A stretch of 64,000 bases of DNA from an uncultured delta proteobacterium. GTDB taxonomy: Bacteria > Desulfobacterota > Desulfomonilia > UBA1062. Below the pieces are notes generated by a model, which was not told where the DNA came from, did no database searches, and was given only the letters and a program-made list of their open reading frames with translations. Positions 10,375 to 20,118 of the stretch are shown here, piece after piece (positions within the stretch are counted from its first letter, which is position 1; every line of letters starts with the position of its first letter). The stretch is taken from assembly GCA_963798485.1 (NCBI GenBank), contig CAWCTR010000014.1, forward strand, positions 1-64,000, read 5' to 3'. The translations under genes were made by a program, and so were the position numbers.

Positions 10375-11466
10375 TCACCTATGACTTGCCAGCCAATTCT
10401 CAGAGCTTACAGCCTTTTTCAGGAGGGTCTTGAAGTGATCGAGACAGTTCATACGAATAAACTCATCCAGATCTTTGTAATCGGTTGAGATTGGCAATAC
10501 AGAAGCTGTTAATTCTAATTTATTAATCAGGCTTATTGCAGTACGAGTGGCATCAATTTGCCGTTCACTGCCGCCAAGTGCGAGTATGAAATGCCTTGTC
10601 CCTAAAAAGGCGGCTGTCTCTATCTGCCCGGCTTTCACCCCGCCTGTCCCAATACCGATGACAGGCTTCAATCTGGCATGGTCCAGGAGCAAGGCATCAA
10701 AGAATCCTTCTACTACAATGACCTCTTCCCGGCCCCGTGACCGGTACATGAGAAACGGTATGTCATTAAGACATGAAAAGTCGGTCAGCATACTGTAGGA
10801 GGCAGAACCATTGGCCCTGACATCCTTGTGTATCAGTCCCATGAGCCGCCCTGATGCATCTCTATATGGAATGGCAAGTCCTGGGTAATCAGGACCGCTT
10901 TCCCATATCTTGGAAAGTGCGACCTCAAGAGTGGCCTGGTTAAAATCCTGTTTGAGAAGGTCTTGCATTGTTTTGGTAAAACCGGGGTAATAACCAAGAG
11001 ACATTCCCTCGACTTCAGCCATGGCGTATCCACGGGTATAGAGATATTTAAGGACTTCCTCTCCGGGCTTTGACCATAATTGTGTGATGAATAGATCCAT
11101 GGCAGACACGAGGACCCTGGTCCGGAACAGTTCAATCTCCCATTGTTCTTCACTATAATCTCTGATGGATATTCCACAAGCACGTTCAAGTATGTTTAAT
11201 GCATCATGAAAAGAAAGACCTTCCTTTTGCCTGAGGTATTTAATCCAATCTCCCCGTTCACCACAAACAAAGCAGAAATATTCGGGTCTGTCGCCATAAA
11301 TAAGGAAGGTGGGTAACAAATCTTTATGGAAGGGGCAGCATGAAATAAAGCCGGTCCCTTTTCGCTGGAACAACCCAAGCCCACCGAAGAGCGTGTGCTG
11401 GTATTCTCTATTAATCAGGGTTGCATACATCTTCTCGATTGATGACAGCATCGTAATCCTTTTCAA
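10375..11466 (-). CDS. DnaG-like protein (CHC2 zinc finger + Toprim), probably catalytically degenerate
   Basis: CPFH...CFVC zinc finger and VVEGFFD Toprim motif are present. The DxD motif is replaced by LGGS and there is no C-terminal helicase-binding domain. Confidence 0.75.
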   Translation of the reverse strand: MKRITMLSSIEKMYATLINREYQHTLFGGLGLFQRKGTGFISCCPFHKDLLPTFLIYGDRPEYFCFVCGERGDWIKYLRQKEGLSFHDALNILERACGISIRDYSEEQWEIELFRTRVLVSAMDLFITQLWSKPGEEVLKYLYTRGYAMAEVEGMSLGYYPGFTKTMQDLLKQDFNQATLEVALSKIWESGPDYPGLAIPYRDASGRLMGLIHKDVRANGSASYSMLTDFSCLNDIPFLMYRSRGREEVIVVEGFFDALLLDHARLKPVIGIGTGGVKAGQIETAAFLGTRHFILALGGSERQIDATRTAISLINKLELTASVLPISTDYKDLDEFIRMNCLDHFKTLLKKAVSSENWLASHR

Positions 11467-11472
11467 AGAATT

Positions 11473-14400
11473 CTATTTCTCCATTCCCACCACGATTGTC
11501 CTCATACCAGGGCTTGCCACTGCGTGGTTAATATCAAGAAGATCTGCGTACTTATCAGGCATTACAAGCCCGGGCTTGATGTCGCTTAGTTGCTCAATCA
11601 TAATACCCATCCGCCCCTTAGGGTTGGACTCTTGATTCGGCGGTACTATTCTCGTTGACAGTGTCAATACGCTGGAACCCGGTAATTGAAACACTTTCAT
11701 CTCGGGCGGACTCAGTTCGATAGACTTTGCACCTTCGGGCAAAAGGACTTCGATCTTTGTATACTGTTTTAAAAAGGAGTCCCTGTACAGGGGATTTAAT
11801 CTCTCATCACTGGCCACACCCGCAATGGCCCTGGTGATGCCGGGAAGCTCAAGATAAAGGAGATCGCCCTGGCGGACTGCATAACTGGGCACTGAAACGA
11901 TGAATTCTTCAGTGGCCGGGTAAGTAATGCACGATACATTATAGGGGCTCACGGCAATAGCTGACCTGCTCACAGAAGATACGATATCCTGGAATCGCCT
12001 CCTGCGTTCCTCAGGCGACATCTCAAGGTAATCCTTGCAGAACATAGCATGCCCGGTTCCATAATAGTTTTTTTGATATGTGATAATGGCATCACCTGAA
12101 GGACTCAGGTCAATGGTAATGTTTGTCTCAGCCTTGTCCTCAAATTTCTGACTGGATGCCTGGATTGTCTCGAACTTACCTGATGACACATTCAGGGCAT
12201 TATTGCCAAAGGATGCTACCGTGCCGAGCGCTGCATACTGGTCCGTATCGCCTAAAATGATCTGTCCTTGCGGTGACGAGACCCTTACCAATACTGAGAT
12301 GAACCATGCGGCTGCGGTATGTTTTAAAAGAGGCCCCTGCAGGGATTGAAGAGGTGATACCGACGATTTCAGGATAAATTGTGGTTTTAAACCGACTGCC
12401 TTTAGCATGGCAGCCATAAGCACGGCACGGTCACTGCTGTTTCCGTACCCTGCAGCAAGGGTGGCATCTGCAGGGCTGATCCAGGTTAAGGGAAGCTGTG
12501 AGAATGGTATGTCCACCCCCTTGGTATTCTTTGCAACGTAATCCCTAATTGCAATGATCTTCCCTTCACTTGAGGAAATGTCTCTTGTTATGGTTAATGC
12601 CTTATTCCCTGCCAACTTCTGAAGAGAAGATGCCTTTTCAAACACACCAAGGACCACCTTGGCATATTCTTTCACCTCTGCTGTTGAGGCAAAAACCGAA
12701 GGCATATAACTATATCCGGGCGGCAGAAAGTCCTCATGTTTTATGGGTGGCACGCGATTTACGCTATATTCGAAAATGGCCTTGTCCCCTTGAGACCTTT
12801 TTGTCTCTTTAATGAAACCTTCTGGGAAAGGCTTCCATCCAGCATCAGAATAAAACCCATTGTCTGCCTTGGAAATGGTCAGTTCCATGCCGGATGGAAC
12901 ACTTATATGCAGCTGTTTATTCTCGATGGGGTCCTCACCTTGGAATTGACTTTCTATAAGGAATGGCCATGCATCTTTTTTACTAATGACATACTCGTAC
13001 TCAATAATACTGCCTTCCTGCAACCCGGGCAGACTCACCACCTTGACCTTGCCTGCCGGATAGCGTGGCGCCTTGCCGACCCATTCCTGGTCCATAACAT
13101 TGACTTCATTCGTGTTGATCTGTTTTGTCTGGCCGTCAGGCGAGGTCACGGAGGCCTTTTTTATCTGGATATCTTCCCACACGGGGTTAAAGGAAAAATA
13201 CAGTTCGGAGTGATCCTTTTTGCCCGCATAGGTCAAGACCTTGATCTTCTTTCTTATTGTCTGAATAATGGTGGCTTTATCGATGATATCCGTTGAGATA
13301 TCTTCATCAAGTACCACTGCATCAGGATTATATCCGGCATACCATGGCTTGCCGGATGCACTTGCCGAGAAACGGCCCAGTGCAAAAACCGGCATAAAGC
13401 GGTTTGCCTTCTCAACCTTCTTGAGGGTATCCTGAAGGCGCTTATATTGTTCAGGGGAATACTCGGTGAGCTTCATTATGAAGAGGTTCTTGCCTTTCAT
13501 GACCCCATCCCCTACTTCAAGGGACCTGAACCATGATGACCCTTCATCAACGGCTGATTCCTTAACCGGATTGCTCAGGGGTTTGCCCAGGGACCGGTCG
13601 ATGTCGATGTTCACGGTTTCGTCAATACCGCAGGCCATCTCGGTCATGAAGGTATACTTCCTCTCCTTAAGACCCATTCCTCCGATAAGGTTGTTTACCA
13701 CCCCTATGCTGTCACCAAATCTGAAGAACGGCAGCATAGTCACATCAGCGCTATGAACAGGATAATCTTTTGCGGAATATGCAAAGCTCGCCTGCAAAGG
13801 TTGCGAGGTATCCATCATATCCTCAGGTTTTATTATGAGCTCATCAAGGACGGCACCTGGCATCACCTTCATGAGCATCCTCTCGAAGTATAGTCTTCGT
13901 TCATCTTCAGATATCCTGGAGAAGTATCCTCTGTAGGCATTATCATTGATGCCATCGAAGGTGAGCGTGGTCTTACCACTTAATGTACCTGCTGAATTGA
14001 GTTTGCCTGAGGTAACTATGTGAAGCATGTTCTTATCCGCTGGCGTGATGGCACTCGTCCGGAGTGTATCGCCCTTTGGCGTTGCTACAAGGTAGCTCTG
14101 ATTGTTGAGGTATGCCGGGAACAACTCCTTGGTGTTCTCGTTTGTGGGGTCCATAAGCTGATAAGAGCCATCCTTGTCCTTTATGCAGACTATGGCATGG
14201 TTGAAGAATGGCTGTGGCACCTCAGGGTCTTTTTTCGGTCCGTTCATTATAAGGACCGGATAGGCCTTGAACCCTGCAATCCTCAACATGGCAACAAGCA
14301 GCGCTGCCTTATCGCGGCATACCCCTGCCCTGCGTTCAAAGGTCATGGACACGGCATGCGGTTCATAGCCGGGGGCCTCTGTTTCAGCTGTAATGCCAAG

Positions 14401-15387
14401 ATAGCGGACCTTTTGAGAGACCCAGAAGAAAATTGTTTCTATCTTCTGCTGTTGTCCTTTTTTCCCCTTGATCAGGCTTTTGACCATCTTGAGCATCTCA
14501 GGGGTTGTATTATCAAGATGTGGTTTCGAAAGATTCCAGTACCACCTGGAAATGGTATTCCAATCGGGAATTGTGCTTAACAGCAGCCGTTGGGCCTGGG
14601 TATACAGCGGTGGCATCTCCGGTTCCACAAATGCCTTGGGTATGTCTTTGGCAACCCACTGGTAAACGATATCACTTCCTTCGGATGTCTTCAGGAATGT
14701 CACGGTGCCGGGGATCTCATTCTTCAGCGCCATGCTTTTTAAAGGCTTGGTTTGAGGGGCAATAATCGTAAGCCGGGCGCGTATGATGGGGTCGGTTTCT
14801 TCAAAGGTAATAAAGTCGCTCCATTCATCAGCCATGCGTGTCTTGAAAAAATCATCAAAGGTTATAAAATGAACAATGTCCCCGATGTTCAGCGCCGGTA
14901 TGCTCACCTGGAGCATTTTGTCATTGGGGTCATAGATATTCGATGCCATCTGCGATGAATCAACCATGACCCGGCTGTTTTTTTCGACATCCACCTTTCG
15001 AGATGTTCCGTCAGGGGAAATGACCTCAACCAGGGTGAATTTAGTGGTATTGTAGGGCACGGAAAAGGATGAGGTGAGCGTGCGATAGCGACGTTTACCC
15101 TTTTCGGTGAGCACCTTGATATATTGCTCGTACCATTCAACATAGGTACCATCAGGGCGATATTTCACCCATGAATGCTGATCCACCACCGCTACCTCGG
15201 CATCAGGGTATTTGTCAGCTTTTACCATGGCGGCTTGAGCGATGACCGAATCCTTGTCAAGAGGGGCCCATTCAAGCGCACAGAGGTTGTTGGTTTGGGC
15301 AAAGATGAATACCAGTATCCACGCTGTCAGGATCTTGAAACATGATTGTCTGAGCATCTTCGAGATGACCCCTTTCATAAGGTACAC
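11473..15387 (-). CDS. Secreted tandem DUF3857/transglutaminase-like protein
   Basis: Signal peptide; first module has GVCRDKA, FNHAI, MDPT (Cys-His-Asp triad); second homologous module has GNSSDRA. Confidence 0.85.
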   Translation of the reverse strand: MYLMKGVISKMLRQSCFKILTAWILVFIFAQTNNLCALEWAPLDKDSVIAQAAMVKADKYPDAEVAVVDQHSWVKYRPDGTYVEWYEQYIKVLTEKGKRRYRTLTSSFSVPYNTTKFTLVEVISPDGTSRKVDVEKNSRVMVDSSQMASNIYDPNDKMLQVSIPALNIGDIVHFITFDDFFKTRMADEWSDFITFEETDPIIRARLTIIAPQTKPLKSMALKNEIPGTVTFLKTSEGSDIVYQWVAKDIPKAFVEPEMPPLYTQAQRLLLSTIPDWNTISRWYWNLSKPHLDNTTPEMLKMVKSLIKGKKGQQQKIETIFFWVSQKVRYLGITAETEAPGYEPHAVSMTFERRAGVCRDKAALLVAMLRIAGFKAYPVLIMNGPKKDPEVPQPFFNHAIVCIKDKDGSYQLMDPTNENTKELFPAYLNNQSYLVATPKGDTLRTSAITPADKNMLHIVTSGKLNSAGTLSGKTTLTFDGINDNAYRGYFSRISEDERRLYFERMLMKVMPGAVLDELIIKPEDMMDTSQPLQASFAYSAKDYPVHSADVTMLPFFRFGDSIGVVNNLIGGMGLKERKYTFMTEMACGIDETVNIDIDRSLGKPLSNPVKESAVDEGSSWFRSLEVGDGVMKGKNLFIMKLTEYSPEQYKRLQDTLKKVEKANRFMPVFALGRFSASASGKPWYAGYNPDAVVLDEDISTDIIDKATIIQTIRKKIKVLTYAGKKDHSELYFSFNPVWEDIQIKKASVTSPDGQTKQINTNEVNVMDQEWVGKAPRYPAGKVKVVSLPGLQEGSIIEYEYVISKKDAWPFLIESQFQGEDPIENKQLHISVPSGMELTISKADNGFYSDAGWKPFPEGFIKETKRSQGDKAIFEYSVNRVPPIKHEDFLPPGYSYMPSVFASTAEVKEYAKVVLGVFEKASSLQKLAGNKALTITRDISSSEGKIIAIRDYVAKNTKGVDIPFSQLPLTWISPADATLAAGYGNSSDRAVLMAAMLKAVGLKPQFILKSSVSPLQSLQGPLLKHTAAAWFISVLVRVSSPQGQIILGDTDQYAALGTVASFGNNALNVSSGKFETIQASSQKFEDKAETNITIDLSPSGDAIITYQKNYYGTGHAMFCKDYLEMSPEERRRRFQDIVSSVSRSAIAVSPYNVSCITYPATEEFIVSVPSYAVRQGDLLYLELPGITRAIAGVASDERLNPLYRDSFLKQYTKIEVLLPEGAKSIELSPPEMKVFQLPGSSVLTLSTRIVPPNQESNPKGRMGIMIEQLSDIKPGLVMPDKYADLLDINHAVASPGMRTIVVGMEK

Positions 15388-15563
15388 TTATACTTTACTT
15401 TTTCAGTCATGGCGGTTTTATGGTTTTGAACAGCACCAGAGCAGATCACAAAATACCGTTCCTGTAAATACATAATAGACCCATAATTGGTTTCTTTAGG
15501 GAAATTAAAACATGAGAACAGGAGCCCTTGACTTGTCAAATAACTAATGCTATTATTACTTAC

Positions 15564-15764
15564 ATGTCAATGGATAGAACGTTATGCGCAATCTGTGCCT
15601 GGAGAGGCGACTGCAACAAGAAGTTTATGCAGGGCAACGGCGTTCACTGCCCTGACTACACGAGAGACCTTACCATCCGGGCCGCAACAGAAGAGAAAAA
15701 AGAGGATAAGAAGCTTAAAGACAAAAAGGATAAAAAAAAATCAAGAGACATACACATTCTGTAA
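15564..15764 (+). CDS. Small Cys-rich hypothetical protein
   Basis: CAICAWRGDC...HCPDY motif and Lys-rich tail; start at ATG 15564 or 15570. Confidence 0.65.
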   Translation: MSMDRTLCAICAWRGDCNKKFMQGNGVHCPDYTRDLTIRAATEEKKEDKKLKDKKDKKKSRDIHIL

Positions 15765-15978
15765 AACTGAATCTGTGTTCTCTTATCCTTTTAGGTCTAT
15801 GCTTTTTCCTCTTGATCTTGATCTCACATAAGGAGCGTGATCTCCTTATCAGCGTTCGTTTACAATGCCAAGAGTACTCAACGTGTTCTTTTTATTAAGT
15901 AAAGGATGTTCACACGAACCGTGTAAACTATTCGGTTGTAGAGATCGTCTATAGCAGGAAAGAGATGAATACAGTTTT

Positions 15979-16358
15979 ATGAGGTTCTCACGTAAGGGCA
16001 TTCTCTCCATGATGTCCGGATTCTTCGTGTTCTTGATGGCCGCTTCTACACCTTCCTTTGCAGCTACCCAGTGGAGTGTGGGGGTTTCCGGAGGGGATGA
16101 AGGCATTCGTTCATTCAATCTTTCCATAGGTGATTATTATCATGTGCCCGAAAGAGAGGTTGTTGGTGTACATGACCGGGGAATTCAAGAAGAAGAGCTG
16201 CCGGTAGTATTCTTTACAAAAATCACCCGAAAGGTGGATGGCGTAGAGGCGATCTCAGAGATGGTGATTATAGGCACAATGATAATAACCAGAAAGACTA
16301 CAGGCATCAAGGAGAAGGCCCTGGCAGGGGTAATGGGAAGAAGTGGGATAATAACTGA
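15979..16358 (+). pseudogene. Secreted protein gene with internal deletion/frameshift
   Basis: Signal peptide and SFNLSIGDYYHVPEREV...ELPVVFF. An alternative frame from 16215 reads YKNHPKGGWRRGDLRDGD...GPGRGNGKKWDNN*, which looks like the natural C-terminus. Confidence 0.55.
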
Positions 16359-16420
16359 TCAAACCTTATTGGTTGCTTCTCCTCCCGCGATCTTTTAGGG
16401 TTATCCTCAGGAGGAAGAAC

Positions 16421-16702
16421 ATGGTTACAGCAATTATCTTTTTGAAGATTGCCCGAGAACGCATCAATGAAACGGCACAGGAACTCTCCGACATTGAAGG
16501 AATGTCGGAGGTATTTTCTGTGAGCGGCCGTTATGATCTGATTGCCATTGCCAGGGTAAAGGACAATGATGAGCTGGCAGAACTCGTAACGGGCAAGCTG
16601 CTCAAGATTGAGGGCATAACTGATTCCGAGACCATGCTCGCCTTCCGGGCATATTCAAGGCATGACCTCGAAGGCATGTTTTCTGTGGGTTTCGAGGTGT
16701 AA
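16421..16702 (+). CDS. Lrp/AsnC ligand-binding-domain protein
   Basis: AGGAGG RBS then MVTAIIFL...VFSVSGRYDLIAIA...IEGITDSETMLAF. Confidence 0.88.
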   Translation: MVTAIIFLKIARERINETAQELSDIEGMSEVFSVSGRYDLIAIARVKDNDELAELVTGKLLKIEGITDSETMLAFRAYSRHDLEGMFSVGFEV

Positions 16703-16724
16703 CAAAACCCTTAATCACTGCCCT

Positions 16725-18707
16725 CTACATCATCACCCGTATAGGCAGGATGACCATGGAGACACCCTCCCATTGGAGTCGGCGCTGCACGGCAAATGCG
16801 GTCTCGTTGTGGAGAAACCGTTGGAACATGCCCTCTTTCTGGAATACCAGCTTGCCTGCAAAGATCATGGACCTAGGGAACTCCTTTACAATTGACTCGC
16901 AGAAGGTTGTCGCGGTTTCAACCACGTCGATACCGATGTCCATGCGATAATCCGCAGGGAATCCCATCATGCGGGCGACATTAACGTATTTTTTCAGACT
17001 GTCTTCCACTGATCTCTTCAACGCCTCCATCTCGGCGATACCCTTAAATGAACCCGAATCGATCTCTCCGACAGACACAAAGATGAAATTCTTATACACA
17101 TTGGGAAAATCCCGAAAAATCGTCAGGAAAGAATGAAGCCCGAAACCGCTGTAGCCGCTCACGAGGAGAATGGCTGTCATCTCTTTGGGATCAGGGTGAT
17201 TGGTATTCATCTTGGTGCCTTCTATATGCATCCCCATGAGGATGTCGTCCAACGATCGCACCCCCTTCTTTACACTCGCATAATGACCACGGATGAGGTA
17301 ACAGAACCCGAGCAGACACGAGGTGATGAGAAGTGTTACCCACCCACCCTCTTTGAACTTGATCAGAACCGTCACGATAAGGATGGTCACACACAGGACG
17401 AATCCAATGGCATGAACGGGGAGGTGCTTCATCCAATCCGGTTCCGACTCCTTTCTCTTTATGTAGAACCTGACCATCCCGAATTGGGAAAGTGAGAAGG
17501 TGAGGAAAACATTGATGGAGTACATGACCACCAGGGCAGAAACCGAGCCCTTGGTATAGATCAGGAGCAAGATTGCGGAGATCCCCATGAGGAGTACTCC
17601 GTTCTGCATGCTGAGCCGTTCTGAGAGCGACGAGAAACGGCGTGGGAACCACTGGTCAATGGCCATGTTGGCCATTACCCTCGGCCCATCGATAAACCCG
17701 GCTTGAGCCGCCAGCATGAGGAGGGCGCCTTCGGATATGATGGTAACCATCGCGATTGTTTTTCCCAATGGCCAGTTGCCGAATACTGCATCAGCAAAGA
17801 TGGCATTCATTGTGCGTCCCTCCACGGGCTTTATGTCGAAGAATAGGTAACATATAAGGAGCCCCCCGGCCATGATCGCCAACGACAGTGCCATGTAGAG
17901 CATAGTGCGCTTACCATTAACGACTTTCGGGTCGCGTATGATCTGCATACCGTTTGAGACTGCCTCCAAACCAGTGTATGTTCCTCCACCCAGCGAAAAT
18001 CCCCTGAGGAAGAGTGCCATTATACCGACAATACCGATAGTATTCATATCGTGGGTGATATCACCGTGGAGTTCCTGGGCCAGAATTCCTGCCTTGGAGA
18101 AATGTGTCCCAAAACCGCAGACGAGCAGTAACAAATGGGTTACCAGGAAAGTTATAAATATCGGCGCTAGAGCAGTGATGGATTCTTTCACACCCCTGAG
18201 ATTCATGATCACAAGAAAGATGATGAGGACTATGACAAAGGGGAGCTTCAGCATATGGTACTGCATAGGCAGGAAGCTGAAAATGGCATCTCCACATGCG
18301 GCCAGGGAAACGGTGATGGTGAGAACATAGTCCACAAGGAGTGCACATCCGGAAACCACGCCGGCAGTCCGACCTATGGTGTGAGTGGCCACAATATATC
18401 CGCCTCCGCCGTGGGGGAAATGTTCGATGATGCGCGAGTAGGCATATGATATGATAAACACGGTCAGAGCGGTTGCAAGTGCAAGGAACAATGCCAGGTA
18501 GGTATGTGAGCACACGGCGCGGAATGCCTCTTCAGGGCCGTATGAAGATGAAGAAAGACCGTCAGCCCCCAGACCTATCCAGGCAAGCAAAGGAATGAGG
18601 CTCAATTTATGGAAGAGCGACGGTTCATTTAAGTCTCGCGGAGCCCCGAGTAAATTCCTCTTCAGCCTCAACAGCAGGGTAAGACCGTTCTGATCATGAG
18701 ATGACAT
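16725..18707 (-). CDS. kimA: APC-family permease, KimA/YdaO-like K+ transporter
   Basis: GADGLSSSSYGPEE, GGGGYIV, TGLEAVSNG motifs; about 12 TM segments plus a cytoplasmic domain; c-di-AMP riboswitch upstream. Confidence 0.82.
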   Translation of the reverse strand: MSSHDQNGLTLLLRLKRNLLGAPRDLNEPSLFHKLSLIPLLAWIGLGADGLSSSSYGPEEAFRAVCSHTYLALFLALATALTVFIISYAYSRIIEHFPHGGGGYIVATHTIGRTAGVVSGCALLVDYVLTITVSLAACGDAIFSFLPMQYHMLKLPFVIVLIIFLVIMNLRGVKESITALAPIFITFLVTHLLLLVCGFGTHFSKAGILAQELHGDITHDMNTIGIVGIMALFLRGFSLGGGTYTGLEAVSNGMQIIRDPKVVNGKRTMLYMALSLAIMAGGLLICYLFFDIKPVEGRTMNAIFADAVFGNWPLGKTIAMVTIISEGALLMLAAQAGFIDGPRVMANMAIDQWFPRRFSSLSERLSMQNGVLLMGISAILLLIYTKGSVSALVVMYSINVFLTFSLSQFGMVRFYIKRKESEPDWMKHLPVHAIGFVLCVTILIVTVLIKFKEGGWVTLLITSCLLGFCYLIRGHYASVKKGVRSLDDILMGMHIEGTKMNTNHPDPKEMTAILLVSGYSGFGLHSFLTIFRDFPNVYKNFIFVSVGEIDSGSFKGIAEMEALKRSVEDSLKKYVNVARMMGFPADYRMDIGIDVVETATTFCESIVKEFPRSMIFAGKLVFQKEGMFQRFLHNETAFAVQRRLQWEGVSMVILPIRVMM

Positions 18708-18795
18708 GGGGATTCACCAGTGAGAGAAAGGCTAAAGCAAGTTTATCAAAGGTCAGGTTAGAGCCTCGGATGTTATAACTACCATGTTCGTCCAT
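18694..18795 (-). CDS. Putative 33-aa leader ORF between the riboswitch and kimA
   Basis: GGAAGG lies 7 nt before the ATG at 18795; the ORF MDEHGSYN...VNPHVIS* overlaps the kimA start by 14 nt. Confidence 0.3.
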   Translation of the reverse strand: MDEHGSYNIRGSNLTFDKLALAFLSLVNPHVIS

Positions 18796-18800
18796 ACCAT

Positions 18801-18928
18801 ATCCTTCCAAAAACCTACGAGGTTAGCTGACGGGCTCGGGCCTGGAAGTGCCCTATCCTCTTGCCTTAGGAATACGCCCCGATTACCGGGTCCCCCGTAT
18901 CCACCGTTTCAGGCAGATTTCGGCTTCG
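18801..18928 (-). promoter_or_regulatory. c-di-AMP (ydaO-yuaA) riboswitch
   Basis: The minus strand reads GCCGAAATC...TACGGGGGACCC...CGGGGCGTATT...TAGGGC...CCCGAGCCCGTCAGCTAACCTCGTAGG...GGAAGG, matching the ydaO-yuaA consensus, directly upstream of a ydaO-like gene. Confidence 0.92.
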
Positions 18929-19228
18929 CTTGCGCTGATATAATTTGGTAGCGACTTATTGTCAATGTGCATTTATTCTTATGAGGGTAACGCTGTTAAC
19001 CTTGGTCAAATCGACCCATTTTCTAAAAATGAAATTATTGACAAGGTACCGGGAGGTTATGCACGGTGTTAGTTATTGGTTGATACTACTGGATAATTCA
19101 ATAGATGACTGAAGATTTTAACCTGAGATCAACAATTGATCTCCTGAATCATATTGAGAACAACCTTATAATATGTCCGATGAAAGGTATGTCCGAAGCT
19201 ATTCAAACCTTGACATATGCTTCTGCTT

Positions 19229-19461
19229 TTAAATCTGTCCGGATGCCATACTAACACCTAATTCAAAGGCGCTTACAATCCTCCGGAAAGACCTCGGCAT
19301 GACGTTTGGCTTTCGCTTCCTTGTCAAATATTCCCGATTCGTACTTGTCATAGTCGTCGTTCCAATAAAGCACGGGTGGAAGCGGATTCTGTCCCGTAAT
19401 ATACGGGTGTTCCTATGATCAGAGCATCAGCGTTTTTGACACGGTCGAGCACAGAGGTAAT
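19229..19461 (-). pseudogene. Flavodoxin/FMN-reductase family remnant
   Basis: Fragments ITSVLDRVKNADALIIGTPVYYGTESASTRALLER and DDYDKYESGIFDKEAKAKRHAEVFPEDCK/FELG in shifted frames; no start codon. Confidence 0.7.
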
Positions 19462-19493
19462 GTAGACCGGTCTTTCTTATACATAATTGATAA

Positions 19494-20060
19494 TTATTGC
19501 AGGATTTTGAGGATCTTCGGGTTGTCCCTTGGTGTTCTTGCTGGGATCTTTACCGGATAGCCGAGGATTATGGTTGCAACTATTGCGTAATCATCAGGAA
19601 GGCCGATCTCCTTGAGTATAGCCTGATCCTTGATAACCGAACCAAGATTAATCCAGCATGTCCCCAATCCACGATCTGCAGCAGAAAGCATTAAGTAGCT
19701 CGCAGCAAGTGTGCAGTCCACCGTGGCTGAATGAACATTGCGGAGACCTGCAATGTAGATGAGGCAAGGTGAATTGTAGAAGACATTAAATCCTTTGTCC
19801 TGAAGAATCATCTTATATCCGGCCAGAGTCGAAGTTGGGTTCCGATCTATTTCAAGGAGGATGTTTATCTTGCTCTCATCAGATAGTCTCTTCATCATGT
19901 CTTTATTTGTGATGACAATGAAAGCCCAGGGTTGCCTGTTGCCTCCGTTTGGGGCTTCGCAACCATCGGCTATGATCTCTTGGATCAAAGGTAATGGAAC
20001 ATCCATAGTCTCGAATTCCCTTATCGACCTCCTCACCTTAAAGAGTTCCCTGAAGTCCAT
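19494..20060 (-). CDS. Nitroreductase family protein
   Basis: RRSIREF, APNGGNRQPW, GLGTCWI, LGYP motifs. Confidence 0.92.
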   Translation of the reverse strand: MDFRELFKVRRSIREFETMDVPLPLIQEIIADGCEAPNGGNRQPWAFIVITNKDMMKRLSDESKINILLEIDRNPTSTLAGYKMILQDKGFNVFYNSPCLIYIAGLRNVHSATVDCTLAASYLMLSAADRGLGTCWINLGSVIKDQAILKEIGLPDDYAIVATIILGYPVKIPARTPRDNPKILKILQ

Positions 20061-20118
20061 ATTTCTTTATCCCCCTTTTTTTATGTGGATTATTATCTGC
20101 ACCTTTAATTATTATTAT

